Program-made: the position numbers and the translations under genes
The notes under the pieces: generated by a model
The model's input: only the letters and a program-made list of their open reading frames with translations
What the model was told of the DNA's origin: nothing
Databases searched by the model: none
In this document: piece after piece, positions 1-9,875 of the stretch
Position numbering within the stretch: the first letter of the stretch is position 1
How the letters are laid out: the number at the start of each line of letters is the position of its first letter
Assembly: GCF_001194135.2 (NCBI RefSeq)
Contig: NC_068983.1
Coordinates: 102,629,304 to 102,662,087, forward strand
DNA from: Octopus bimaculoides
Lineage: Eukaryota
Direction: 5' to 3'
DNA length: 32,784 nt

Positions 1-209
1 ATTTCGAGCGTGGCCGTTTTCATGCGGGTGACACGTAAAAGCACCCACTACACTCTCTGAGTGGTTGGTGTTAGGAAGGGCATTCAGCTGTAGAAACTCT
101 GCCAAATCAGACTGGAGCCTGGTGTTGCCATCCGGTTTCACCAGTCCTCAGTCAAATCGTCCAACCCATGCTAGCATGGAAAGCGGACGTTAAACGATGA
201 TGATGATGA
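1..209 (+). mobile_element. RTE-LINE 3'UTR-type repeat (5'-truncated LINE or SINE sharing the RTE tail), cut by the window edge
   Basis: Ends CCAACCCATGCTAGCATGGAAAGCGGACGTTAAAC(GAT)n. Near-identical in reverse complement to 23773-23945, and related to the 3'UTR attached to an RTE ORF end at 18207-18810. Confidence 0.8.
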
Positions 210-234
210 AGTCAAATTTTGCAACACCACTACA

Positions 235-474
235 TCACATATGAAAAATGACATTGCTTAAATAGCAGCCATTTTTGGCTTCACACACCCGTGCTCTTTC
301 CAAAACTTGCACCATAACACCCTCAAGTGTTTCAGACTCCACTTCTCTGATTTCTCTATTGATGTTCTCCTTCAGTTGCACCAGGGTCTCTGGTTCGTTG
401 ATATAAACCTTCTCTTTCAGGTATCCCCACCAGAAAAAATCTGGGCTTGTCAAGTCTGGAAAACGTGAAGGCCA
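235..474 (-). pseudogene. Tc1/mariner-superfamily transposase remnant, C-terminal part
   Basis: Translation WPSRFPDLTSPDFFWWGYLKEKVY...LKENI...YLSNVIF* matches the WPxxSPDLxPxDFxLWGYLK motif around the third catalytic Asp. Confidence 0.85.
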
Positions 475-481
475 TTCAAAG

Positions 482-614
482 TAGACCTCACACATGGTTC
501 CAACAAGATGGAGTAACTGCTCATACCACAAGAGAGACAATGCAGTTGTTACGGTGGTGCTTTAGAGAGAATAATCTCCCGCTATGGCAATGTCAACTGG
601 CCTTCACGTTCCCC
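482..614 (+). pseudogene. Tc1/mariner transposase remnant, preceding segment, inverted relative to 235-474
   Basis: WFQQDGVTAHTTRETMQLLR, then after a frameshift RIISRYGNVNWPSRSP. Contains the second catalytic Asp motif (QQDG). Confidence 0.8.
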
Positions 615-1377
615 CATAATGAAATTTATGATGAACCAATTCATAAAATTTTAAAGTATTTCCTACAGTTTTTAACTGACAAAATTGTTTTATTCATGTA
701 TTATAGCTGGTTGAAACATTTGAGAGACCTCACTTAGTTCATGTCTTCTTCATAGTCTGTCCCTATAAAAACATTCTCATTTTACCCTACAAAGTCTAAC
801 TACATTTAAAGGAAAATATAAGAATAGTCATATGATGACTGCACAAGAGCATTAATATAAAAGAATAAATAATATTAATAGTATTAACAACAACAACTAT
901 AATAATAATAATCAATATATGATCTTTATTGAAACGCATGCTGCATTGTTTCATACTGAAAACCAACAGTATTTTTAGCACTGCCACTAGGAATATATTT
1001 CACTAAAAATAAATCTAATATCTATCTATCTCTAATTTAAGCTTTGTCTGTGTTGCTGTTACTATAATCGTTATTTACTTCTAAGTTAGTCCTGATCAAA
1101 TAGATTTATGATGAGCCATTACCACATTTAGGTGTATCTAGGACTACATTATCTGAAGTGTCTGTCGGTTTTTTATGAAAGTAGGATATGGCTAAAAGGA
1201 AATTCGACTGCTGTTTCTAGCAGCTATGTAATGTTACCCTGTGATGTAGTTGCTTCTGTTTCTATTGCTTTTCTCTTTTTTAATATCACAATATCTAAGA
1301 AGGAAAATTCTTGACCACAGCTGACTGTTAACTTTGTTGAACTCAATTGGATAGGTATTTATTATTCTGCCTTTAGG

Positions 1378-1793
1378 TTTTATATCCATTGTTTCTCTGT
1401 GCAAGCATGGGTTAGCAGATATACCATTGAGGCATTGTTTTGCAAGTCAGATGCCCTTCCTGTCACTCACCTTTATCTATTTTTCAAGTAAGGGATTTCA
1501 CAAGCTTTTGAAGACACAAAGCCAGTCGATGATTTGCTGACAACAGGAGAAATGGCAACAATGTCGGTGCAAGCTCAGCAAGCTTTAAAGAAGTGTAAAT
1601 CTAAACAAGTACACAGCAAATGCTCATGTGCACACACACAAACATATTGATCATACATACATGTGTGTGTGCATATATGGTTGTGTGTACAATGGCCTTC
1701 TTTCAGTTTCTGTCTATCGAATCCACTCACAAAGCTTTGGCTGGCCTAGGGCTATAGTAGAGGATATTTGTCAAGGATGTTACACGGTGAGGT
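1378..1793 (-). mobile_element. Composite tRNA/CORE-type SINE with RTE-like tail, degenerate
   Basis: 1700-1790 is the reverse complement of the SINE body at 26630-26710 (CCTTGGGCAAGTGTCTTCTACTAC...GAAACTGAAAGAAG). 1400-1470 carries the CAAGCATGGGT and ATGCCCTTCCTGTCAC motifs shared with the RTE-tail repeats. Confidence 0.6.
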
Positions 1794-2198
1794 TGTGGAG
1801 GAATGACAGGAAGAGAGAGGGAGTGACGACACAAAGGGACCAGAAGGAAAATGAGATGATGTCACATCTGCAAACAACAAGTTAAAGACAGCCCCCTTTT
1901 TATGAGGTTTGTGTGTGAGGCAAGTTGTACACTGCTAGCAGTTGTGGTGTAGTGGTTCTAGTTGGCAAGGAATCTGCTGAGTTGACACATATTACAACTG
2001 AGATCTGGCTGATTTTTCCTGTGACCAGACGTTTTGAGTGATTGTCACTGATTGCAACTTGAGGTATGAGCAACTTTATTTCATGCCTTCGAACAACAAG
2101 CTATTTTGGCATGTCATTATCAGTTGTGAAGATACATCAGAGTTATATTTTTTGTGATTCTCCTCATGTTTACACTCCTGCCTTCCCGACCACCAACA
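1794..2198 (+). mobile_element. Probable 5' LTR of the Ty3/Gypsy element
   Basis: TGT...ACA termini. Starts TGTGGAG, as does the LTR at 25385 (minus), and ends in a pyrimidine-rich tract plus ACA just before the gag ATG at 2203. No matching 3' LTR is present. Confidence 0.55.
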
Positions 2199-2202
2199 TG
2201 TG

Positions 2203-4075
2203 ATGGCCACAAAAGTCAGAATTAACAGTGATGTGTTGAGACCATTTACCGAGGACAACATATGGGGCCTGAATACAAAAGATGAGACTTGTAGCAAAGC
2301 TGCAGAGTACAGAAGATATGGTTAGCCTTATGTTGCTGTACTTAGAAGGCAATGCACTGAATCTGTACATGGAAGTAGACAAAGTGGACCAGAAGAAAGT
2401 TGAAAAGATTGAAGAGCAACTGAAGAAAGCATGCATGGATGATGCTTTTAAAGCCTACAATAACCTCGAGAGGATAAGTTAGATGGGCTAGCAGATAGAT
2501 GACTACACGAGCAAGATTAGAAGGCTGGTAGGCTTAGCAGGGTATACTGGATTAGAAAGCTGGTGAGCTTAGCAGGGTTTACTGAAGCAGTGATGGAGAG
2601 GATGGTGAAGCTGACTTTTGTGGTGGATTTCTCTGACCATATCTCATTGCATCTGTAGCAGATGCCAGACATCAAAATGAAGTCAGTAGGAGAAATGGCG
2701 GATAAAATGTGGTTGTTGACACAAAACAACACACACAACATAGCAGCAACAGTGATGGCAGATACAAGTAGAATGAAGATGCAGGCAGCAAACAATGACA
2801 GCAAGAGCATGGTGAGGCAAATAGCCAAAGGATTATGCTTCAAATGTTGAGGTCTGTACATGGTCACAGTATGTGCAGAACCTAAACCAATGGTAGTGTG
2901 TTATTGATGTGGCCAACCTGGGCACATCGGGAACTACTGCAGGCAAGGAAATGAGAAGAGGGGAACTACTGCATCACTAGTTCCCTCCACGACCAACTGA
3001 AGGCACACCACTAATCGTTGACTGTAGTGAGGCATATGGTAGGGGTGAGGGAAGCATGAACCCTTGTGGATATGGTTTGTACAACCACCCTGTAACCATG
3101 AGAATTGTTGAGAGCTTTAGAGGAAACATCAGTCTCAGTGCAGTGGAAGGCAGGGAGGTCAAATATAGGGACATCAGTGAAGTGGAACTGGAGACACAGA
3201 GGTCAGTGTTGAAGTTACAAGGGATTGTAATTGATGGGGTAGTGGACAGTGTCAACATAGTAGTCAGAACAGATGTGATCACACGATCGGGCAATGTGAC
3301 AGTTGGCAGAACAGGAGTAAAATTTGTGTGCTGTGAGCAGGGAGTGGGGGAAGAAGGCTGTAAGAGTGACAGGTTACCAGCAGAAAGAGGGAGTACAATA
3401 GGCACATTTGGAGATGAGGACTTCCATGTTAAGTTCAACAGTAAAAGATGGACAGTAGAATACTATTGGAAACGAGAACACCCCCTAAAATTAGGGTGTG
3501 TTGCTATGAGCACATGATGAAAGGAGAAGCCAGATTTTAGCTCAAGAGAGAGAGAGGAACAGATGGATAGAGGAAGACATTTTGATGCCATGGAGAGAGG
3601 AGGCAATGAGCAGTGTGCTGCCATTGATGGTTGTGGTTTGACCAACAGAGAATAAGGTTCAACTGGCATTGGATTTCAGGGAGTTGAACAAGCATGTGTC
3701 TTGTCTTCAATTGCATTGGACCTAAATCAGGATATGAATAGGTGAGGGCTGTTCTCAATGTGTGGGAAGTTGGTGGGTCACTATCCTGTCACAGGATAGT
3801 ACCCAATGTCATGTAGCTACTTCAAAAGGCAAGCAAGAGTGAACTGAAGTGATAAAGTGGGAGAGAAGACGATGGCAATTATGTGAGAAGTTTTGGAGTG
3901 AGTGTGAGCAGAGAAGCCAGTGAAGGGCAGCTGGTACATGCCTGAAACAAAAAAGGGGTCGTGTGGTGCAAACTGCATAGCAGTAGAAATCATTTGGGAT
4001 ATAGATGTTGAGGCGGAAGATGCAGCATGGCTTAGGAAGAAGGATGAATCCAAACCACGTGGCTAGAAATTGAAC
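2203..4075 (+). mobile_element. Degenerate Ty3/Gypsy LTR retrotransposon internal region (gag, protease, partial RT, RNase H start)
   Basis: Gag-like MATKVRINSDVLRPF...RLVAKLQ...LYLEGNAL; two decayed CCHC knuckles (CFKC, CGQPGHIGNYC); protease-like LIVD; RT N-terminus WIEEDILMPW...LDFRELNKHV; connection/RNase H CGKLVGHYPV...AEDAAWLRKKD. Many stops and frameshifts; YxDD core and integrase absent. Confidence 0.85.
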
Positions 4076-4146
4076 TTCTTAACCAAAGAGTCATGCCTGC
4101 ACCTATGCAGCCATATCTGTACTTGACAGGTATAATTTTTATGAAA

Positions 4147-4290
4147 ATGATGACGACGACGACGACGACGACGATGATGATGATGATGACGACGACGACG
4201 ATGATGATGATGATGAGGATGATGATTATGATGATGATGATGAGGAGGAGGAGGAGGAGGAAGAAGAAGAAGAAGAAGAAGAAGAAGAGG
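4147..4290. repeat. Compound trinucleotide microsatellite (GAC)n(GAT)n(GAG)n(AAG)n
   Basis: Directly visible. Confidence 0.95.
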
Positions 4291-4467
4291 TTATATATGA
4301 AATGGAAGGTGTGAGAGGTACACAGATGCATAGAGTGGACTGAAAGTATATGTACATATTACATAGACATGAACTTACACATTTAGAGATGAAGGGGAAG
4401 AGAGACAAAGTTGAGCAAAATAAAGTGGGGAGAGGAGAAATGGTGCTGTGTGTCAGAAAGAGAAGTA

Positions 4468-4633
4468 AAAATTGAGTTGAAGGAAAAGGAGAGAAATTGA
4501 ACTGAATTGAAGGAAGAGGAAAGAAAGTGAGCTGAGTGGAAGGAAGAGGAGAGAAATTGAGCTGAGATGGAAAGGAGAAGAAAGAAATTGAACTGAGTTG
4601 AAGGAAGAGGAGAAAAATTGAGCTTAGTTGAAA
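4468..4633. repeat. Purine-rich ~30-bp minisatellite, about 5.5 imperfect copies
   Basis: Unit approximately AAATTGAACTGAGTTGAAGGAAGAGGAGAG. Confidence 0.85.
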
Positions 4634-5227
4634 TAATTGGAGATGTGATAGTAGAGAGGAAGCAAAATCAAAATAAATGTAGACAGTAATCCAAAAGAAC
4701 ATGAAGTATTTGTACAAGTGTGTCTATTTGCTCTGCATATTCCAGTATCTTTGAGAATCGTCTGTGTTTATGTCAATACTTGATCCAATTTCAGAATGGC
4801 CTGAAGTGGCTTTTCCAAGTAGTTGACAAGAACAACAGATAAAGTTGAATGCATTCACTTGTCTGAGTTATTTAAATATGTTATAAACTGAAACTTGTAT
4901 TTAATTGTTCCTTGAAGCTAACAGACAGAAGCTAATAGTTAGAAGACCTAGCTTCTCAGAGGTGTTCAGATCAGAAAGTAAATATTTCCAAACCAACATG
5001 TCTACATTGATGTTTTCAGTTTTACATCTCTCCAAAGCATGAAAATAATAAACGGTAATTTTTTTTTTTTACCCTCATGGCAAGAACCAAATCATCTCTA
5101 ACTCATCTTATATACACACACACAAAAGATAAATAATCTTACAACATTCAGTTCTATATTTAAGAGATGAGGAATTATTTACATTATTTACATTCGACGG
5201 ATATTTGTCCTCATCTTGTTTGTTGTT

Positions 5228-5273
5228 AACACAACGTTTCGGCTGATATACCCTCCAGCCTTCATCAGGTGTC
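5228..5273 (-). ncRNA. Minimal type I hammerhead ribozyme, intact core
   Basis: GACAC-CUGAUGA-A-GGCUG(GAGGGUAUAU)CAGCC-GAAA-CG-UU-GUGUU. Stem I GACAC/GUGUU, stem II GGCUG/CAGCC, palindromic ACGU stem III, one extra A between A9 and G10.1. Confidence 0.75.
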
Positions 5274-5349
5274 TTGGGGAAATTTCGAACCTGGGTTCTC
5301 ATTTCTAACGATGTTACTATTATTATATTATTATTATTATTAATAATCA

Positions 5350-5422
5350 GGTCGCTGCCGTGAATCGAACTCGGAACCTTGGGGTTAGTAGCCCGCGCTC
5401 TTAACCACTACGCCATATGCCC
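5350..5422 (-). promoter_or_regulatory. tRNA-derived SINE-type head with Pol III A and B boxes (left arm)
   Basis: A box TGGCGTAGTGG, B box GAGTTCGATTC, anticodon-like GGG-CTACTAA-CCC. No acceptor stem. Confidence 0.75.
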
Positions 5423-5803
5423 GTGGGCAATTATGGGGTGAATTTTAAGGCTTATAAATCTGTTATTTTTCTATCCATCCTCAATACCGGTTCCCATATG
5501 NNNNNNNNNNNNNNNNNNNNNNNNNNNNNNNNNNNNNNNNNNNNNNNNNNNNNNNNNNNNNNNNNNNNNNNNNNNNNNNNNNNNNNNNNNNNNNNNNNNN
5601 NNNNNNNNNNNNNNNNNNNNNNNNNNNNNNNNNNNNNNNNNNNNNNNNNNNNNNNNNNNNNNNNNNNNNNNNNNNNNNNNNNNNNNNNNNNNNNNNNNNN
5701 NNNNNNNNNNNNNNNNNNNNNNNNNNNNNNNNNNNNNNNNNNNNNNNNNNNNNNNNAAAATAACAGATTTATAAGCCTTAAAATTCACCCCATAATTGCC
5801 CAC

Positions 5804-5876
5804 GGGCATATGGCGTAGTGGTTAAGAGCGCGGGCTACTAACCCCAAGGTTCCGAGTTCGATTCACGGCAGCGACC
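5804..5876 (+). promoter_or_regulatory. tRNA-derived SINE-type head with Pol III A and B boxes (right arm)
   Basis: A box 5811-5821, B box 5854-5864; identical to the left-arm copy. Confidence 0.75.
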
Positions 5877-5955
5877 TGATTAATAATAATAATAATAATA
5901 ATATAATAATAGTAACATCGTTAGGAATGAGAACCCAGGTTCGAAATTTCCCCAA

Positions 5956-6001
5956 GACACTTGACGAAGGCTGGCGGGTATATCAGCCGAAACGCTGTGT
6001 T
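5956..6001 (+). ncRNA. Hammerhead ribozyme copy with core mutations, predicted inactive
   Basis: UUGACGA replaces CUGAUGA (C3U) and GAAACGCU replaces GAAACGUU (U16.1C). Stems I and II are retained. Confidence 0.65.
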
Positions 6002-6062
6002 AACAACAAACAAAATGAGGACAAATATCCGTCGAATGTAAATAATGTAAATCTTACAACAT

Positions 6063-6535
6063 GTTTCATTAGAGTAATTGTCATAAATCCTTCTTCACCA
6101 GATATTTTCAGTATCTCAGCAACCATACCTAATGGTCCAGCTGCTTTCCTTGCTTTCATATTCCTAATCATGCTTTCCACTGTTAAGCTATCAACTTCAA
6201 CAGCTGATTTCTCTTTTGGTTTATTTGTTGTTAACCATCTCTCTTTCTCATACATTCTCTCTATTCAGCAATCTCCCATAATAAATTTTCCATATCTTCT
6301 TTGTCTTTTCCTTTTTCTTTTATCAGTGTCAGTGAGGACAAGTTCACCATCATTCCTCAATGACACATTGATTCGTATAAACACACAGCTTTACTTTGCA
6401 ACACCTCAAAGCAAAACAATGGCAAGTTTCTTACTTTCAGTTTTAATACTTGCTACATCTTTTATCCTTTATCTTTTGCTCGATTCAATCACTGGATGGC
6501 ATTCATGCTTGGGAACCACTTTTGAGGCCTTTAGA
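6063..6535 (-). mobile_element. RTE-clade LINE fragment (linker between endonuclease and RT, plus RT start)
   Basis: RNDGELVLTDTDKKK...WKIYYGRLLNRE and MIRNMKARKAAGPLGMVAEILKISG match the RTE MKxGKAxGPxGIxAEMLK region; frameshifted. Confidence 0.8.
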
Positions 6536-6574
6536 TAAACAGATCAACCTTAGTACTTATGTTTGTTTGTTTTT

Positions 6575-6710
6575 TTTTAAGTCTGGTATTTATTCTATAA
6601 GTCTCTTTTGCTAAACCCCTATGTTACAGGGACATAAACAAACCAACACTGGTTGTTAAGCAGGGAACAGAGATATATATACATACACATATGTGTGTGT
6701 GTGTGTGTGT
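6575..6710 (-). mobile_element. SINE 3' fragment, probably the same family as 26556-26903
   Basis: TTATTCTATAAGTCTCTTTTGCTAAACC...CAACACTGGTTGTTAAGC followed by a CA/TA tract. Assignment partly from recalled consensus. Confidence 0.5.
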
Positions 6711-6711
6711 T

Positions 6712-6866
6712 TATCATCATCATCACCATTTAATGTCCGTTTTCTATACAAGCATGGGTAAGATGGTTTGACTGAAGCTGGTAAGCTGGAGTGCTGCACC
6801 AAGCTCCAGTCTGTTTTGGGTTGGTTTCTACAGCTGGATAACCTTCCTAACGCCAATCACTCCACA
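6712..6866 (-). mobile_element. RTE 3'UTR-type repeat fragment
   Basis: (ATC)n-TTTAATGTCCG...GCATGGGT...TTTCTACAGCTGGAT...CCTTCCTAACGCCAA, homologous to 1-209. Confidence 0.75.
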
Positions 6867-6977
6867 ATATATACATATATATAATTCTTTAACAAGAATA
6901 ATGTTGACAGTGAAGTAGGTAAATGAATAAAGTTCTTATATTAGTGATAATGATTGTTACTAGTATAATTGACATTA

Positions 6978-7222
6978 TTATCATCATTTTAATGTCCCTT
7001 TTTCCATATTTTCATGGGTCAGATGGAATTCAATGAGGCAGATTTTCTAAGGTTGGATGCCTTTCCTGTCACCAATCCTCACCTTTTCCAAGCAAGTTAT
7101 TTTTACCTCCATGGCAGGATATGTTTCTATGGAAGATGGAAAACAAATAACATTATTTATACGATGGTGACACTTGTTTACAGCTAACACATGATGTTAA
7201 AACAAAGAAACACTCGCACAGA

Positions 7223-7283
<61 letters not shown>

Positions 7284-7352
7284 TTTACATATATGACAGG
7301 CTTTTTTGAGTTGCCATCTCTCAAATTCTCTTACAATGCTTTGGAAATATTT
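6978..7352 (-). mobile_element. Degenerate composite SINE with RTE-like tail and internal (CA)n at 7225-7282
   Basis: Tail CATCATTTTAATGTCC...CATGGGT, the GGATGCCTTTCCTGTCACC motif, and a decayed GGCTTCTTTCAGTTTCCGTCTACCAAATCC-like body at 7295-7352. Confidence 0.55.
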
Positions 7353-7379
7353 GTGTGAATTAAATTTGATTAGGTTCAG

Positions 7380-7581
7380 CCATTTAGCATTTAAACTGGT
7401 CATATCCAACCAAAATAGTCTACCTGATTTATGCTCAAACCAGCCAGATCAAACCTCTCATACCTACCCTACAATGTCATTCTAAAAATAAACAATCACA
7501 TCATTGAAATTTCAAAGCTACTAGCTATAAAACAATGAGAATGAATAACCAAGACATTTGAGTAATCTGAATGCTAAAGGT
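7380..7581. mobile_element. piggyBac-like MITE
   Basis: Imperfect TIRs CCATTTAGCATTTA and TGAATGCTAAAGGT. TTAA at the right end, decayed TCAG at the left end. Confidence 0.55.
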
Positions 7582-9875
7582 TTAAAGCATAGAAAATTAA
7601 TAATAAACAGGATAGGTAAAAATGAATGAATGAGTAGTAGATAGATAAGTAGATAAATAAATAAACAGACAAACAAATAAAATGGTTCTAAATTCAGTTA
7701 TTGTCTTTTATTATCACAATAATCATTTAGTGAAAATTATTGGACCAATAAATCAAGAACAACTATTGGAAATAAATTAAATTAACATTTGTTAATGAAT
7801 TTATAATACTTAACATAGATTTTAATTACAAACATCATCATTGTCCAATGGATACTTGTTAGTACATTAAATCAGAAAGAATTATAATGAAATTTAAAGT
7901 TAAAGAAAAGTGGGTTAAAAATTTATATATATATTATACAAATTGAATTGAGCAATGATTTAGAAAACAATATTAAATAAATACTATTAAGCAATAATAC
8001 TAAACAAATAAAATTTTTTTAAATATTATGAAACATTAAAACAGAATAACAAATTGTGATCTGAATTTAAAATTTAAAATTTTAAGTTGTTTCTTTTTTA
8101 GTATATTGCTTAAAGAATAGCATATTCCTTAATAGTATATTGCTTAAAGAAGAAGTATGTGTGTGTGTGTATGTATTTATGTATGTATGTGTGACCATGT
8201 GTCTAAACACACACACACACACACATTTATATATACATTCAATGAAAGTGGAAGAGAAAGTGTGCATTGTTAATTTAAATTAAATTCTGTTTCTTGTGAG
8301 CTGAGTCTCACATCACACTAGTCTGCAGACAATAATAGTCTTCTTTCACTGTTTGAGTTGATTTTAGATACACTGGAGCAGGTTCATGCTTTTGACTTTG
8401 ACTATCATTTTCATTGTCAACCAGTGTTAAAAATGAATTTATTCTGGTTTCTACCACTCCACGTTATCTCATTTTTTTTTCTGTTGAACAAGCATAATTG
8501 CTGCAGAATTATGTTATATTTTTCTGTGGTACTCAGGGGCCATATCCTGGAACCATATATAAAAGGTATGGTGCTGACAATTATTGTTCATTTTATATTT
8601 ACATTTATGATATTTTTACTTGAGTCATGTTTCTTTTTTCTTTTCTGATGAGGATAAAAACAGAGTCAACGGATTTAAATTATTATAAACATTTGAAACG
8701 GCCTTAGAGTAAAATACTGGTGTATAGACACATTTATAACATGTATACGAATGTGGATGGCACTTGCTATAAGAGACCTTTGTGTTAAAAACACAACACT
8801 TTTCTCAGAATGCTAATGGGTTGCAAGACACAGTACTTTGACCTGATTTAGTTTTCTAGAATTTATCAAGTGATAGGCATTGCACACTTTTGTAAATGAT
8901 GGAAGTGATGTTTCTTTTGCTTGTAGTACCAAATCTTCTCAGAAATGTTGTGTATTAAGAAATGATTTCCACCAAGCTGACTTGCTCTAGTTACATAACA
9001 TGAAGGGAAAGAATTCTGTTGGGATCCACTGCACTAAGAATATACTATTTGAAATTATGGGATTCAACACACTAAAACTACTACTACATTAAAATTCTCT
9101 AAAAACACATCTTCACCAGGCAACGGTGTCATTATCTGAAGAAATAAAATTAAAAAGAACCCACTGATATTTTTACTTTTAATTTTTCCTTGATTTCATA
9201 GTTTAAACAGTTATCTATTAACCAATCATACTGATTTATACACATGCACATATTGATGGTGAGATATTTCATGGATGGGTGTACTCCTTAATGCTAATCA
9301 CTGAATGCTGAAATGGGAATGGCATCTAATTATATGCTTGGTAAGTTGACATAATTAGTGTATCAAAAGCCACAGTGAAAGGAATATTCCATGGAATGAA
9401 CTCATCACATGTGGATTAATGATGTGGCAGCTAAACCAATCAGTCATTTTCCTGCTAGCTATCACATCATAGAAAACGTGCTTAATGTATAAACCACATG
9501 TCTTGTTTGATACTTTTAAAGCTACATCAAGCTTGTCAGTTACCATAGGCTTGAAAAATATTCTGTATTTATCATTTTTCAGATGTTAAAGAGGTTTCTA
9601 TTATTAATATAAAATTAGTTGTCTGATAGGTTTTTGGTCATTTGTTTGTTTAGTTTTTTTTTTTGTCTGTTTTCAATGCTAGTATCAGTTAGATGAAAAT
9701 AGAGGTATTACCTTTACAGCTGCATGCTCTTCCTGTCACTAACATGTAACTGTATTTCAAACTAGGGAGTTTCTGTTCCATTTGTCTCCGAAAGCACAGA
9801 GCCACTGGCTGTTTATTTGACGGGGAAATGTCACCAAAAATTACTCGCTACATCTTGAAAATATATTTCCAATCA

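Larger units (their letters stand above)
5148..6049. mobile_element. Non-autonomous Penelope-like/retrozyme-like insertion with two divergently inverted arms and an N gap at the centre
   Basis: 5177-5469 is the reverse complement of 5757-6052 (inner ~125 nt identical, 6 substitutions in the outer part). Direct repeat AATCTTACAACAT at 5135-5147 and 6050-6062 (TSD). The left arm has an extra 29-nt tail. Each arm has a hammerhead motif, typical of Penelope-like terminal repeats. Confidence 0.7.

Noticed and set aside
4032-4331. ORFs with poly-I/V/F or poly-M/T/R/K runs, and similar ORFs at 12151, 20660-20948, 22801-23048, 23205-23513, 24137-24562, 30700-31143 and 32397-32769
   Set aside because: They are translations of microsatellites, with no splice context or protein motifs.
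5417-5818. ORFs of 133 aa and 112 aa
   Set aside because: They are open only because they cross the N gap.
5804-5876. Functional tRNA-Ser(ACT) gene
   Set aside because: No acceptor stem, a mismatched T-arm, no long variable arm and an atypical anticodon. It is better explained as a SINE-type head.
5148-6049. Inverted duplication as a pure assembly artefact
   Set aside because: The flanking TSD, six inter-arm substitutions and the asymmetric tail argue for a real structure, although the inner identical part may still be collapsed.
5927-6538. 203-aa plus-strand ORF
   Set aside because: It is a chimera of the hammerhead arm and the antisense strand of an RTE fragment; the recognisable coding signal is on the minus strand.
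8645-8710. Second hammerhead candidate (CTGATGAG...GAAACGGCC)
   Set aside because: No stem II can form and stems I and III are weak; probably chance.
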